Assembly: GCF_001194135.2 (NCBI RefSeq)
Contig: NC_068982.1
Span: 151,739,633 to 151,803,632 of the forward strand
DNA: 64,000 nucleotides
Direction: 5' to 3'
Source: Octopus bimaculoides
Taxonomy: Eukaryota
The position numbers and the translations under genes were made by a program. The notes under the pieces were generated by a model. That model had not been told where the DNA came from, did no database searches, and worked only from the letters and a program-made list of their open reading frames with translations. Positions 50,850 to 64,000 of this stretch are shown one piece after another (within the stretch, counting starts at the first letter, position 1; every line of letters starts with the position of its first letter).

Positions 50850-53420
50850 GCCAACAGTTTGTACGGACTTCCTTTACAATTGACTGGTTGATGTTACCCC
50901 TCTACAAAATCATCTTCAACTGATATTTTAACTGTTAGTCCTCCGGCCAGGCGTGTTTTAGCTAGCCGTTGAGGATCCTATGGCAAAAAAGTTTGAGTCA
51001 CGCATGTGCACTACAATTTTGGGCTATCTAGCTAGATTCTATTCTACTACTGATATTTCGGCGGGAAATTTTGTATTTGTAATGCTATCTTGTCAGGAGA
51101 CTGAAAGGATTTTCTGTAGGCACTGGATGGTGTAGGCCTCGGAGACGTCTGTGGTCCATATCTCTTACACTCATACAGAGTAATGGAAACCCATTCAACC
51201 GGTTGGACACAAGCCTTGGAATGGAGGAGGAATATAGTTGTTTAGAAATACTCTCCTTAAACTTTGAGTCTCCTAAGAAACTATAAGTCACCTATTTTAC
51301 GAATTTATTTTTATTTCAACGTGTGAATTCTTTAGAAATTAGGTTGCTGATGCTATGACTTGTGTGGGTGTAGATATGAAAAGTGCGTTCTTTTATGTTG
51401 TAACTTCTGCGTGACGGTGACTTGAACGACTTCCAGAGTGAGGTAACTAGGCACGGTCATCAGATTTTAATAAAAATCTCGCTAAGTCAAAAGTTTATAA
51501 TGATTGCCGTCTTCCTTTCCATTCTTCTGTGTAAAAGATGAGAAATACATACATTAAATAGTACAGGAGTGAGCAAGCAGCTTTGCCTTACTCATGTTTC
51601 AGCCCTCCCATTGCAACGTGAGCTATCAGATCTGTATAACTGGTGTGGAAAATTCACGAATTCTGGCGCACATCGAAGCTTTTTGATAACATTCTACAAA
51701 TACTCTGCAGGTTGTATTAAGCACGTTCTGTAGATCCTCAAAATCCAGTGAACAGATTCTGATGCTTTTCTCATGAAACTGCCAAGTAAAGATCATAATT
51801 ACTGTGCATTGGTCCCTGGGGACTATACTCCTATTATCTGTGCAAGTAGATTTATCTCCTTCGTGTTTGTAGATTTTGATAGTTTTTGTATCAATTTCGA
51901 GATATTTTCCAAGTTCCATACTTCAGTCATGTACAGACAAGCATTTTGTGCGACAGTGACCATCCCGCTTCATACTTTTTCTTGAAATATTTTCTAGCGC
52001 AGAACTTACCTGTTTTACAGTTTTAATGTTAGCACTAACTTCAGTCAAGTAAGATGTTCATGATGTTGGCGTATCCAAAGGCATTTTATAAAATTTATCC
52101 ATGGCTGCTAGAAGAAATAGGCTTAAGAACTTAAGTAAGTATCTCCCAGACTCTATTAATTCTGATTCAACTTTTAGAAAAAAGTAATGACTTGCTTGAA
52201 GTTGTGCAGCAATTTCAGGGGCCATAAATTGTATTTATTGCAACATAGAAAAAGTACACGTTACGAAGAACAGATTTTGTTTAGCAAGAGCTTTTAACGA
52301 ACGTGATGGACGTATGACTAGAATTTTTCTATAATTCTTGTGGATACATTTCTGGAGCTTGCTGATTTAGTCTTCGTGTCCCGGATCCGATATTTTTGGC
52401 AGTAGCATCGATAACGTGTGGACAACTTTCGAGATAATGAGCGTCTCTGAAGCCGTCAGTCTAACAGCCGGAAGTAACGGAAATTCTTACAAATATTACA
52501 TTTGTTGTGCTTGCAACCACCAAGCTGCTCTTGAGTGGTGTAGGAAGAGCTCTTGCAATTTAACTTTTGTTGATACTATACGATCATCTTCCCAGCACTC
52601 AACATTCTTAATTACACGTATATAGAAAGACAATGATGTCTAATGACGAGACCATGGTGCAATTGATAAGATGCCAATGTCTGGATCACGGATACATCTA
52701 TGACGTCTTTTATTCATTCTTTTGTTGCAAGGTGGTGCTCGTAATAGTGCGATCGTGTTCAGAACACATACAAATATGTCTGATGTATTGGCTGTTAGAT
52801 TTCCTGACGCCACGATCTCCGTTCAGTTGCTCTCAGATTATTTTTATTCTACCCTACTCTTGTATGAAATCACCCATTAGAATGATTTTATTTTCTGTTG
52901 GTATTTTATTTAGTTTCTGATAAAAGCGGTTGTCTTTTGACTATCACACAGCAGAGTTAATTCATTGGCACTCAGTAACGTAACATTGAAAGTCTTTTTA
53001 AAATAAATACTTAATGACATTAACAGCTCAAAAAGGCTAACCATTTTCGGTTGAGAAATTCTATGGCATATTGGCGATGTGTACGCTCTAATAGGCTTTC
53101 CAGGATTTTTAGCCGTAGCTAACATTGTGAAGAGAATCTTCTGCAAATATTTTGGTTTCAATGGGTGCAGTAATATTATCTAAGTCTCAGTTGACTGGTA
53201 AATGTGAGCTATTCGGCGCTCGTGCCGGTTTCTCAAGTCGGCTACATCAAGTATTGTCTGCATGTATATTCCACGTGACTAATAGTATATTTTTGATTTT
53301 ACAAACGTTATTTAGAATTCCTTTGCAGACAAGCCTTACTGTTCAGGAACTAAGTCAGTGGAAAATTTTTAGGCCATATTCCCAAGGCCCTACTCCAACT
53401 GGGATAATAGCATGGCGTCT
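50850..53420 (-). mobile_element. Heavily decayed RTE-clade LINE (APE plus RT)
   Basis: LLVTWNI (~53285), KIILMGDF (~52880), KTS*MYP*SRHWHLI (degenerate TSWMHPRSKHWHLID, ~52700), IYKHEGDKSTC (~51870) and C-terminal RT motifs near 50900-51200; many stops. Confidence 0.75.
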
Positions 53421-54475
53421 GGATAAAGCTGCTCAAAGGTAGTTTCCACTGGCTGCGATCGTTGCTCTGTATCGCTGAAGTATGGAGTTCTCACTAAAAG
53501 TTGCATCATATTCATGCTCGCTTCTGTTTCACTAAACTCTCCATTGCTATCAAACTTGCTAGATATTCAAAATGTGTTTTACGTTTCAAACTATCAAAAA
53601 CAAAAAAAGACCATCATCATGCACTACAAAATTAATTTCCTAATCTACGTTGTTAATGCATGCTGTGTTATGCACAGCTCAATCTACATTGAAGTAGAAA
53701 ATGCCTGAGTAATGACGTTCTGTGGCATTGGTGATACTTCTTTCCAAGTATCGATAATTTCGCTGTGAGTGAGGTAGATCTTGAAGCAGAAGGAATTAAA
53801 AAATCTCACCTGTTGGAAAACTACTATCAAATTGATCACCGCAATTTGTTTTTATATTAGGAAATATTTATGGTTTCAATCACAAACAGCTAGAGCGCTT
53901 ATCGACATATATCAGGGTATATTCACCAGGGTAAAGCTGTATACTATTTCTCGAGCCCGGTACAATACCGACATGCCACACCAAGTTAACCATACATGTT
54001 TTCATTCCTAGTCCGTGAGTCTCCTCAATCACGTTAACTTGGTACCCAACAACATAATATAACAAAAAAAAGGGCACATTTAAAAGTGCACAAACGCACT
54101 TACACTTAAAAACAAACTTTCACATACACACAAGTCTTCATGCATGAGAAACGCCCTCCCTTTTAACTTTCCAATCCAATGAGATTCATTTCACTAAATA
54201 CCTCTCACGCATCGATAAGTTTCCGTCTGTCTTTAGATTAATGACTCACATCCGCCATATATTCTGCTATTCTCGATTTCTAACCCGATTCTCACTATTC
54301 GTTTTCCTTTACTTTCATCAATAATTTTAATTCTTTTGTGGTGTAGTAGTCTGTCTTAATGAAATACTTCTGACTCGTCCGGTTTCTCAAGAATGCCGAA
54401 CATTTAACAGGGTGTCGTTGATTTTTACGAAATCCTTCACGGCTCTCATTTGACCCTGTCTAGCAATAAACATTG

Positions 54476-54688
54476 CAGTAATCCCTCGCCATATCGCGGT
54501 TCAACTATTTTTTAAAGCTTCTGTCGATTCCTCCTTGATGTTGTTTTGCATTTATAATAAAATAAATATATCCAAATTATAAAAATAATGAAAAAAATGT
54601 ACAGTACAGTAATGCTTCTACTTCACAGATTTTCGCCTATCGCGGGAGCTTTTGGAACATAACACCTGCGAGAGTCGAGGGATAACTG
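54476..54688. mobile_element. Tigger/pogo-like MITE
   Basis: Left end CAGTAATCCCTCGCCATATCGC versus reverse-complemented right end CAGTTATCCCTCGACTCTCGC; 213 bp, non-coding. A TA target duplication is not retained. Confidence 0.7.
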
Positions 54689-55554
54689 AATCTCAATTTC
54701 TCCGTGTATAATTATTTATTTGGTCATACTAAAATAATTCTTATTATACCACCTTTAAAATTTAGCGAGCTTTCATTCATTCTCCACAATATAATCTTTA
54801 ATTTTCTGGCTCAAATCAATGACAACCCTGTCAAATATTAACCCACAAAATTTGTTAAATGCTGTCTGCTGCATTAGTTTCAATCCATGTCAATTCCATT
54901 CACTTTATGCCTATCTTTTATGAACCCTTCCTTAATCTGTACCTTTCCTTCAGATATTTTCATCTGTCCCAGATTATTATGTTTCTTTTCGCCAATACCC
55001 TAAATTTGCATGATATTGAAAATAACTCCGGTTTGACCTTTCGTCTTTCCCTTTACCTCTGAGATGGACCACTAGTCTTCAGTATTTTTGAATCGTTAAT
55101 TGACTACTCCTTCGTTTTCCTATTCAGGCGCATTTCAAGTGATTAGACACGTGCGCGAGCGCAAGCATCGACTACATACTTACACAAACATACACGCATG
55201 CATGCATAAATACATGTGTACAAATGAAAAACAGAACATTCAAAGCGTATCGTGAAGTTCAAATATTTGGATAAACAGTTTCATTCAGAGATAGATTACT
55301 TGAACTTTTATAGACGTTGAAACTTGCTTCATCCTCCAGGCGCTTACATCTGAATATATATGTATACACAAAGGCGCGCACAATACGCACTCACGCCCCC
55401 AAACATATATATGCGTGTATGATGCTGCGATAAAATGCATCCTCTAAAATCTGTGAGGTAGTTTTGATTCTATGGACAATCAATCGTAGAAAACAATTCA
55501 AAGTGAAACGCATGAGTGAGGCATATCCCTTCGAGCCCCTCGAAGAGTTGTAAT

Positions 55555-55648
55555 TCCGAATAAGAAATGACTTGGACAGTAAGGATCTATTGTACCTGTG
55601 GCAACACGGAAAACAAGCGTTAAATGATGATGATGATGATGATGACAT
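55555..55648 (+). mobile_element. Probable LINE/SINE 3' tail ending in (GAT)n
   Basis: GACTTGGACAG...GGAAAACAAGCGTTAAATGATGATGATGATG has the look of an RTE-type tail; assignment is by pattern only. Confidence 0.4.
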
Positions 55649-55935
55649 GCATGTACGCTTGTGATAGACTACACATGCGCACATGCACATAGACAGAGAA
55701 AGAGAAAGAAAGTGAGAGAGAGAGAGAGGATGAGAGATGGAGGCATTCTTTTCGAAATAAATTTGATTTAAAACAATGAGACTGTGGAAATTAATTCTCT
55801 CGACACTAAGTATAATGTCGGATGAAATGTAAACAAAACAATTTAATTTTTATTTCAGTAGGATGCTAAAATAAAATCATTTTTATTCACAAAACGCAAT
55901 ATATTGAATTGCCTTTGTCTATTTGTCAAAGTTTT

Positions 55936-56174
55936 GTATGTATGTATGTATGTATGTATGTATGTATGTATGTACGTACGTACGTATGTAGGTATGTACA
56001 TATATCAATGTATGAATATAGGTACGTATATAGGCATGCATGCTTGCATATATGTATGTGCAATATGTTTTCGTATGTGTGTATGCATGTATGTATGTAT
56101 GTATGTATGTATGCACGCACGTACGTACGTATGTATGTATGTATGTATGTATGTATTTTTGTATGTATGTATGT
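55936..56174. repeat. Degenerate (TATG)n microsatellite
   Basis: Directly visible; it produces the MYVC/HTYI ORFs. Confidence 0.9.
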
Positions 56175-56790
56175 ATGAGATGGGCTGGCCACATTGTTCA
56201 AATGGCGGATGAACGCATACCCAAATAGTTGTATGACGAACATACAGAAGGGAAACGCAATCAGTGAAACCTAAAAAGAGATTTAAGGACTGTGTAAGGA
56301 CTAACATGAAGTTACTTGGAATGGAACCGAAGGCCATAGAACTCTTGCTTCGGATTGACCTGGGTGGCGAACAAAAGTGTGGAGAGGAGTAAAAGCTTCT
56401 GAACAAACGGGGATGACCAACGTGTAATTCAAAATAAATTTTTTAAAAAATGTTTCGAACAACAAGAAAATAAACCCCAACCACCTTTTAGTGTGCACCA
56501 TTTGTGACAAACCATGCCCTTCTTTTGTTGGGCTCAAATAGCATTTGCAGACCCATGAAAAATGAACCTTCACCAAATTCTCTGTCTATCTATCCGTGTA
56601 TACCTGTCAATCTCATGTATGCTGTAAGGTCTGCAAATCTAACAAAGGTCTCAAAATACATTTTATGATCCACAAAGAGCACAACTTAACTGCTACTCTT
56701 GGTAGTCTAAATCAGATATGCAATTTATGTGGGTGTCCTTTCAAAGCATTTTCTGGTTCAAAAAGCCACGTCAAAACGCGATGATAGATC
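56175..56790 (+). mobile_element. RTE-clade LINE 3' end with three C2H2-type zinc fingers (pseudogenised)
   Basis: RWAGHIVQMADERIPK*LYDEHTEGKR..KPKKRFKDC, then CTICDKPCPSFVGLK*HLQTH, CQSHVCCKVCKSNKGLKIHFMIH and CNLCGCPFKAFSGSKSHVKTR. Confidence 0.82.
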
Positions 56791-58111
56791 TAAGGTGTAG
56801 ATACAAGAGGTGGTCAGACTCTGCATAAGAAGTAGATGACCTAACCACCATGTATGTATTTATGTATGTATGTATTATGTATTTATGTATGTATGTATGT
56901 TATATTTGCGTATATGTGTGCTGGGGGGGGGGAGCGTGTTTCAATGGCGCACGCATATTATTTTGTTCTCGTCAATGTAGAAGAATTTCTTCTGTATGAG
57001 GCTTCAGGAATCAGAAATGTACTGGAAATTATTTTAAGTATTTTATAAGAGTACTATTGCCAAAACAGTTTATCGCTACAATATACTAATTTCCCTAAAA
57101 TTCCGGACCATTCAAACAGACTTTGAATTTCAATTTTATACATTTATGTCTGTCTATTTCTTCTTTCTACGAATATGTTGACTCGTACTTGTTTTTACCG
57201 CAATTCCTTGCTCTATTGCTTATCTTCCTGCTAGTTTCATTCCTAATAATTGTTTTATTCTCGGCATTTCTAAACAAAATATTAAATTCTCTTACTGAAT
57301 TATGTTATGACAATTTATTGTACTGCAGCTTTGTGAAGTATGTTGATATTCTATGTAGTTGACAATAGAAAAGAATGAAGAGATGAGGTAGTGCAGGACG
57401 GAAACTGAAATAGAGAACGATAGAGTCGAAAACCTTACTGCAGTGTTCCATTAACTCCTATCTCTGGTTCTGATCAGAGTTTCAGTTTTATCAGATTTCG
57501 ACTAAACTGAACAGAACAGAGAACATGGAATACTCTGATGCATTTAACGCCGCTTACAAGATATATTTGCCATCAGCTATCTAGCTATTAGGAATATTAG
57601 AGGAAAGATAAAATTCGTCTTGTTCTTTAACTTTTTTTACTTTGACTTAATTTTTGTTTTTGTTTTTCTTGTGTAAACTTCTCCATATTTTAGTTGGAAA
57701 ACAAAAATATTTTAATCCCCTAAATTTATACCTCTCGGGAATAATTAATGCTGGTAAAGAAAAGCGAAGGAAACGATTTCAAAATCTCACTTAATTAAAA
57801 ATTGACTAGGGACATGCAGCGAGCGATGAAATTAGATATGATATCTGACTCTGTCAAGGTTAGTAGCCTAATGACAATCAAGTAGTACTTGATTAATCGT
57901 AAAAATATTTCTTAATTAGATATTTTTTTCAATTTCATTTCTATAATACAGTTAGCAATTAAGAAACCTTGGAGTGTATACTAATTACAGCTAAGGAATC
58001 CAATATTCTGTCTTTCTTTCTCCCACCTTTCTCGCACCCTCTCTTCTCTTTTAATTATCCCTTATATATTGCTTAACATGTTATACAAGATGAATTAGGC
58101 TTAGATGAATA

Positions 58112-58320
58112 ATCTTTTCTACTAAAGGCACAAGGCCATGTGAAGTCTTGAGGTCGATTATATCGACCTCAATACGCAACTGGTACTTATTTCATCGACC
58201 CCGAGAGGATGAAAGGCAAAGTCGACCTCGGCAAAATTTGAACTCAGAACGTAAAGGCTGACGAAATGTTGCTAAGCATTTTGCCCGGCGTGCTAAAGTT
58301 TTTGCCAGCTCACCGCCTTA
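58112..58320 (-). mobile_element. Family B SINE
   Basis: AATCTTTTCTACTAAAGGCACAAGGCC...TTTGCCAGCTCACCGCC. Confidence 0.85.
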
Positions 58321-61300
58321 GTCGAGACGAATAATACAATAAATGTATTATTTCATACAAGTCAAACAATAACCATTGCTCCTGTCTGATTTTAAATAGA
58401 GTTATTTCAACTTGAGATATCACCCATTGTTTGTGAGGCTAGTACCTTCGGGAAATTTCACGTTGCGTGTTCATTGAATATTTAAATTAGATAGCTTCCC
58501 ATATTTTCATATGTTGTTCGGAACTTTGTATTACTTTTTCTTTTGATTGAGACGGTAAATTGTTAGAATTAGTAGAAGGTGGAAAAAATCTTTACCATTC
58601 GCTTATGTTCTTTTTTATGTTTTGAGTTCAATTTCCATTCTCCTGACGTTGATAAATGTACTAGGTTACAAATATTAAGTCAATATAATCATCTGAAACA
58701 TCCGTAGATGCTGCCCCAGTGTGTGCACAGTTTAATGATCGAAGCAAAAATTTATGTACAGGAACAGTTTGTTTATGAACAATCTCTGGGTGAGTTATCA
58801 GTAGAGGTACTTTATGAATAATTAAATGGGGAAACTTGTGTTAATGGCGTATGTTTCAATATTGTATTTATTATAACAGCTGGCAATAGTTTCTAATAAA
58901 TTCAAACTTAATCATTGGAATACAATGAATTTACTGTACACCCGGCAGCGAAAAATCTAAGATATCATCATACATTTGGAAAAAGTAAGATAGAAATTTT
59001 CGCAAGAATTACTAACAACCTCATATTTTGTATAGTTTATCTACACTACGTTTCAGTCGCTATGACTTCTGTCATCATTAGGTATATTCTTGGATATGGT
59101 TATTGGTATTCTTCGTTTAAACATAAAGTATGAATTAAATTGTGGAGCATGAACGCAATCGGAATAGCTGATAAATGTTAATCTTAATAACAAAAGCTAA
59201 ATTCAAACATTTATACATTTAGGAAAACACTATTCATCATGTATTCTCCACTAAAAAGACATTTGCAAAAACTAAAGCAACCCCATAATAACACAGATAT
59301 TTACCACAGGAAAAAAAAACACAGGAAAGAAAATTAGGAGCCATTTTAATATAATTGATGAAACGCCTTCTTAAAAGACAAATCAAGTGTAAAATGTATA
59401 ACTTTACAATGCAAGAGGCAGGTATCTGATATCCAACGAGCAACTGAAAAATGAATCTTTATACAAACAACAAGCTAAAAAACTAAAAGGAGCATGCTGT
59501 TAACACACATAAGAACAACACAGTAATGTTCAAAAATTAGAAAAACAACTAAGACAAAATAATTTGGAAATATTACATATTCAACAGCACATTTACGCAT
59601 AATTTAAGATAATAAACGTAAAATCTAAAATAGTAATAATTAATGGGATGCACGCAGAACAGCGAGAATGCAAACAATCGCATGTGAATACCTCATCGCT
59701 CTTACTTTTCACTACAGAAGAACGCCTTCTCTCTTAAGGCGAATGAGTGTCGATAACACACGTGTTTCAACGGTTCAACGGTGTGAGGGAATTTCGAAAC
59801 ACTGCGCTGTTTCAACCTCGTTGTGTGTTTCTCAGTTGAAGCTACCCGACGGCATTTATAGTATTTTCAAATCTTTAATGAAATAAAGGTGCTTTGCAAT
59901 ACCTAGACGTTTCAAAAGACTTTGACTAATCCTTTATTTTCGAAAGACCATTAAATATTCCGTTTATCTCCAAATATAACAACATTAAATATTCATTATC
60001 TGAAAATCTGAAAGACACTGTTTTTTCTTGTTGTCACTAGATAAAGGGAGACAATTATTTATATTAGATCAATATGAGAAAATAATCGGAATGAATTTAC
60101 ATAATCTAATAGATGTAAGTAGGCTGTGAATATCGGCCTATCACGATAGAAAATACCCCAGTAACAAAAAATCAAGAATCAACAAATAAACAAGAAGCGA
60201 TTTTATCTATTGCTACACATTGCAATATATTGCAGAAGCAAATCAATGAATTTACTTTTTCCTATGTTTATTTTTTAAAGAGGGATTGTTTGTTTTCTGT
60301 GCATCAGTTGTTACCATAAGAAATCAACGTTTCTAATTAAGTTTGATTGTGAGGAAAACCAAGTTTTACTATTGTGTATAACATTGTGTAAAATATCGAT
60401 AGTTGTTTGTAAGTTGCAGACGATCAGTTGAATACCGATATAATGACGCGCATCCGACCAATTGGGTGTCGTGTCTCAGTAGAAAATAGAGAGAATACTC
60501 TGCTGTGAACGAATACAGCCACCAACCAGCTCGAATCATTATATCTACATATTCTGATCATACATCAAACACTCTCACTTTACATACTCGACTCGCATGA
60601 ACATATATTTTATAGTCTTTTACCTCGTCTTTTTTCGAAATTTTTTCAAACAAAGAATTACAAGGCAAACACACTACCTAATTGATATATATTGTCTACA
60701 GTAACAATAAGTATTAATGTTAAGTTTTGCTTATGGGAACATGAGGTGAAAAAAATACAGAATGAATATTTGAAGAAATATATTAAGTTTGATTGTGAAT
60801 ATATTTCCACAAATGATATAAATATTTTAAATTTAGGTCGAATTGTTCGATATGATACGATATATGTATATAAGCGTGTAAGTATGTATGCATGTATGTA
60901 TGCATGTATGGATGTATGTGTATGTATGTGTGCTTATATACATGTATATATGTGTCTATGCATCTATGGAAAACATTGTGCTCTGAAAAGTTATCTAGTT
61001 TTAAATTTGGTAGGGAATCCTTTAACAATGAAACAGTCATTTAGTTTCATAGGTGCATTTCATAAATATCAAAGCGCAAAGTTAATGGATAGGTGTATAT
61101 CTCATGAAGAAAGAAAAATAAAGCAAGAAGTTTTATCAAAACAGATTAGAAGTAAAAACAAACAAAAACCAGCTGTATTATAGAACATTGTCTTCAACAA
61201 TGCTTTATCTTCATAAGATCATTTTAAAGTACCCTATATTTTTATAATGACTGCTCATAATGCATGTAGCGTACAAGATTCTAGATGAGAATATATGAGT

Positions 61301-61927
61301 TAAGAGCAATGGACAAATTAGATTTATCTTCATTTTGATTTTTGTACTTATTTTTCGATGTTCATATGATGTAAGCTGGAGGATTTAATGCAATATATTA
61401 CTTTTATGTTCCATTGTTTTGAGGTTTGGCCTATACAGCCAACTGAGTATAAATATATTTTGTTTATTCCATCTTCTATATAAGATACTTTAAATATTCC
61501 AGATTCCGCCTTACTTAGGGCATATAATAAAATAATACAAGCATGAAGAACTTAAGTACCTTTTGTTATTCAAGAAACCACATTTATAGGTTTTATAGGT
61601 TAAAATGAAGTAGAATTGAACTAAAATATCTGATCCGTATCTGTCGAAGGTATTTTAGTTTACAAGTAAACTGAAGACACAAGCCGTCCCTGTTGAATAT
61701 ATCAGTCGGTTGTCTGAAAATCAATATCTGAGAGCTTGAAATATTATCTGAACTGAAAAGAAGAATTAACATGTTCAGATTGTAAAGAGAATGGATTTAA
61801 TTCATTAAACAAGGTAATATATAACGAAATGAAAGCTATCTTAAACAAGAACATAAAGGTCTCCATACAAATACAACTATACATAGAAAAATACACTTAG
61901 AAACGCATATATATATACGTATACATA

Positions 61928-61979
<52 letters not shown>

Positions 61980-61989
61980 NNNNNNNNNN

Positions 61990-62032
<43 letters not shown>

Positions 62033-62085
62033 AACTTGTGTGTGTGTGTGTGTGGAGACAAATACACACGTACTAAAAAGTAAAT

Positions 62086-63133
62086 GTATTCAATAAAATC
62101 GCCATTGGCTTCAACCCCGGCCTCCAGCCGACTTCGGAATCTCCTGCAACTCTTCTGGACGATCTTCTTGTTTAAGTTGGTGAATGCTGCCATAATCGTT
62201 ACCTTCAGTTCATCATTGGTGTCACAAGGAGTTTTGCTGGTCTCTCGCTCAACTGCGCCCCACACATAACAATCAAAGGGTTTGCAGTCTGTGGGATTAG
62301 GTGACCAGATGTCAGGGATGATGTGGTCGCAGAAATTGTCCGACAGCCATGACTGGCTTCTCCCGTTTGTGTGGCATGGTGTAGAGTCCTGTTGCCAGAC
62401 ATATTGTCTTCCTGCCGCCTCCCAATTGACCCAGGGCAGCACTTGATGTAGGCCTCCATTAATTGATGTAGGCATCCGTGTTGCGTTTGAGGCCATGTGG
62501 GAAGATGAATGGAAAGATAACGTTACTATCACTAGTTACCACTCCAAACACCATAGTGTTAACTGGATGTTTAGTTTTATCTCTCTCAGTACCTGTTTTG
62601 GGGACACGGTGAGCCAACGATTGTGCTGTGTATTCCCCATCTGATCTTGGCAGACGTTTTTCTCGTCTGAGAAAGACCAAAGCATGTTCGGTTGGAGGGG
62701 ATGCTTGAGTTTATTCAAAAGCTTCGTGGCGCGGCCTGTCTGTCTGTCCTATTTTCTTTGATGGCCAGTTCTCATTTTGTATGAGGAATACCGAATGTCT
62801 TCATGCACTACCTGCTTGATAAGTAACTCAGACACTCCCATGTCCCTGACGATGGATGGACCTGATTGACTTGTAGGAATCGTTGTCAATCAAAGACTTC
62901 ATCTCACCAACAAATTCAGGAGTTCTTTTCTGATCAGAACGATCAGAGTGAGTTTTCCGAGCTGCCATACCTTCGTAATCACCATTAGACACGCCCAACT
63001 CTTTCTGAATGCTCTGCTCTGTCCTCAGATTGACGCCCAACGACTCTGAAATGTTCGTATTGGAGCTTCCGGTGCAAATGCCAAGCAGTACAGCATGTTG
63101 TTTCCAAGTTTCTGGTAGGGTGAATTGCGTCAT
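62086..63133 (-). pseudogene. maT-family (DD37D) Tc1/mariner transposase, frameshifted
   Basis: MTQFTLPETWK...FSDEK...VFGVV...WQQDSTPCHT...WSPNPTDCKPFDCYVWG...EANGDFIE. I count 37 residues between the D of QQD and the D of PFD. The expected stop after DFIE reads TAC. No TIRs recognised. Confidence 0.9.
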
Positions 63134-64000
63134 GGTGCTGTTTTCCTCACAGATGGTGTTCAACTGACCCTACTATACTGAGTAGTCGAGAAGATAAAAA
63201 ACAATCAATGCACATGCGCGAAATTATGAGTGAGACGAAACTTGTCTCAGCAGCGACGATTGAGGATGTTAGAGGCATTTATACCTTGTTAGGAATTATC
63301 AATAACGTTTACTCACAGTCAGTTTGCTAAGACGAAATCTCTCTTCACAGATATAGACGAAAATAGTGGAAGGCAATCACTAATGTTGCAATTGGCGCCC
63401 GACTTTTTAAAAATCCGTCATATCCAGAGAAACAGATTTACAAGCTTGTAGATTTGCAAGCTCTGTGGTATCAACAGGTATTCTAAATTCTTTTTTTTGT
63501 TGTTTTTCGTTTATAAATGTTCTCTTTTTATAACATGTGGATAGCTGTGCTAACTATTGGATGTAAGTCCTATTCAAAAACAGTTGTTTTACAAGTGGCT
63601 AACAGGTGAACAAAGGGGATAGCTGTATAACATATAGACTGGAATTAAAAATGCAGGAAGCAGTTAAACATGTATAAGACTTTAACATCTTATAATTTTG
63701 TATTGTCTATCATGCTTAGCTGTTATAGAGATATATTAGTAAATTTTGTTTATATAATGCTAAGTCATTTGTACTTATAGCAAGCTATCATTAGCTAATT
63801 AAGTTATGCACATAAAAAGAATTACTTTAATTCATTAAAATTTAATCCGTTGCTATATTAAAATTAAATTCCTCAACTCGAAAATTACGCTATATTATTT
63901 TCGTTAAATATCTGATAAAAAAGTTTTTTAGTAGAAATTTTATTTGGGTGTTTCTAATTGATTGTCTTATTGTTGCGGTTTAAAAGTTGTACAGGTGTTT

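Noticed and set aside
59720-59815. Small hairpins (CGCCTT/AAGGCG, GAAACA/TGTTTC) and minus-strand GAAACACGTGTG
   Set aside because: Short stems are expected by chance; there is a G at the would-be cleavage site and no core box.

Overview
AT-rich eukaryotic draft-assembly DNA with at least 13 N-gaps, most beside (TA)n or (CA)n arrays. It is packed with microsatellites, tRNA-derived SINEs and decayed transposons. The repeat content and the TTAGGG motif suggest an octopus/coleoid cephalopod genome; this is an inference and no search was run. I found no host protein-coding exon, rRNA, intact tRNA or CRISPR array that I can support, and nearly all ORF-track entries are translated microsatellites or gaps. 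Recognisable elements: three RTE-clade LINE remnants (1.7-4.1 kb +, 50.9-53.4 kb -, 56.2-56.8 kb + with three C2H2 fingers), a CR1-group LINE (13.5-15.7 kb -), a Penelope-like RT fragment (23.6-24.4 kb +), three R4/Dong-type LINE fragments, a Helitron 3' end with Pif1 helicase (38.4-39.7 kb -), a DD37D maT transposase (62.1-63.1 kb -) plus a maT fragment at 8.3 kb, a Tigger/pogo-like MITE, and many SINEs. The most interesting observation is an (AAT)n-centred cluster at 29.4-35.4 kb: an uncharacterised ~540-bp element lies directly downstream of an R4/Dong 3' end twice, in mirror orientation, and also appears as a tail-(AAT)n-head junction. There are also degenerate ribozyme candidates (HDV-like in an RTE 5' UTR, hammerhead-like cores) and several fold-back palindromes, including a (CCCTAA)5-(TTAGGG)6 palindrome and a 38-bp-arm hairpin.
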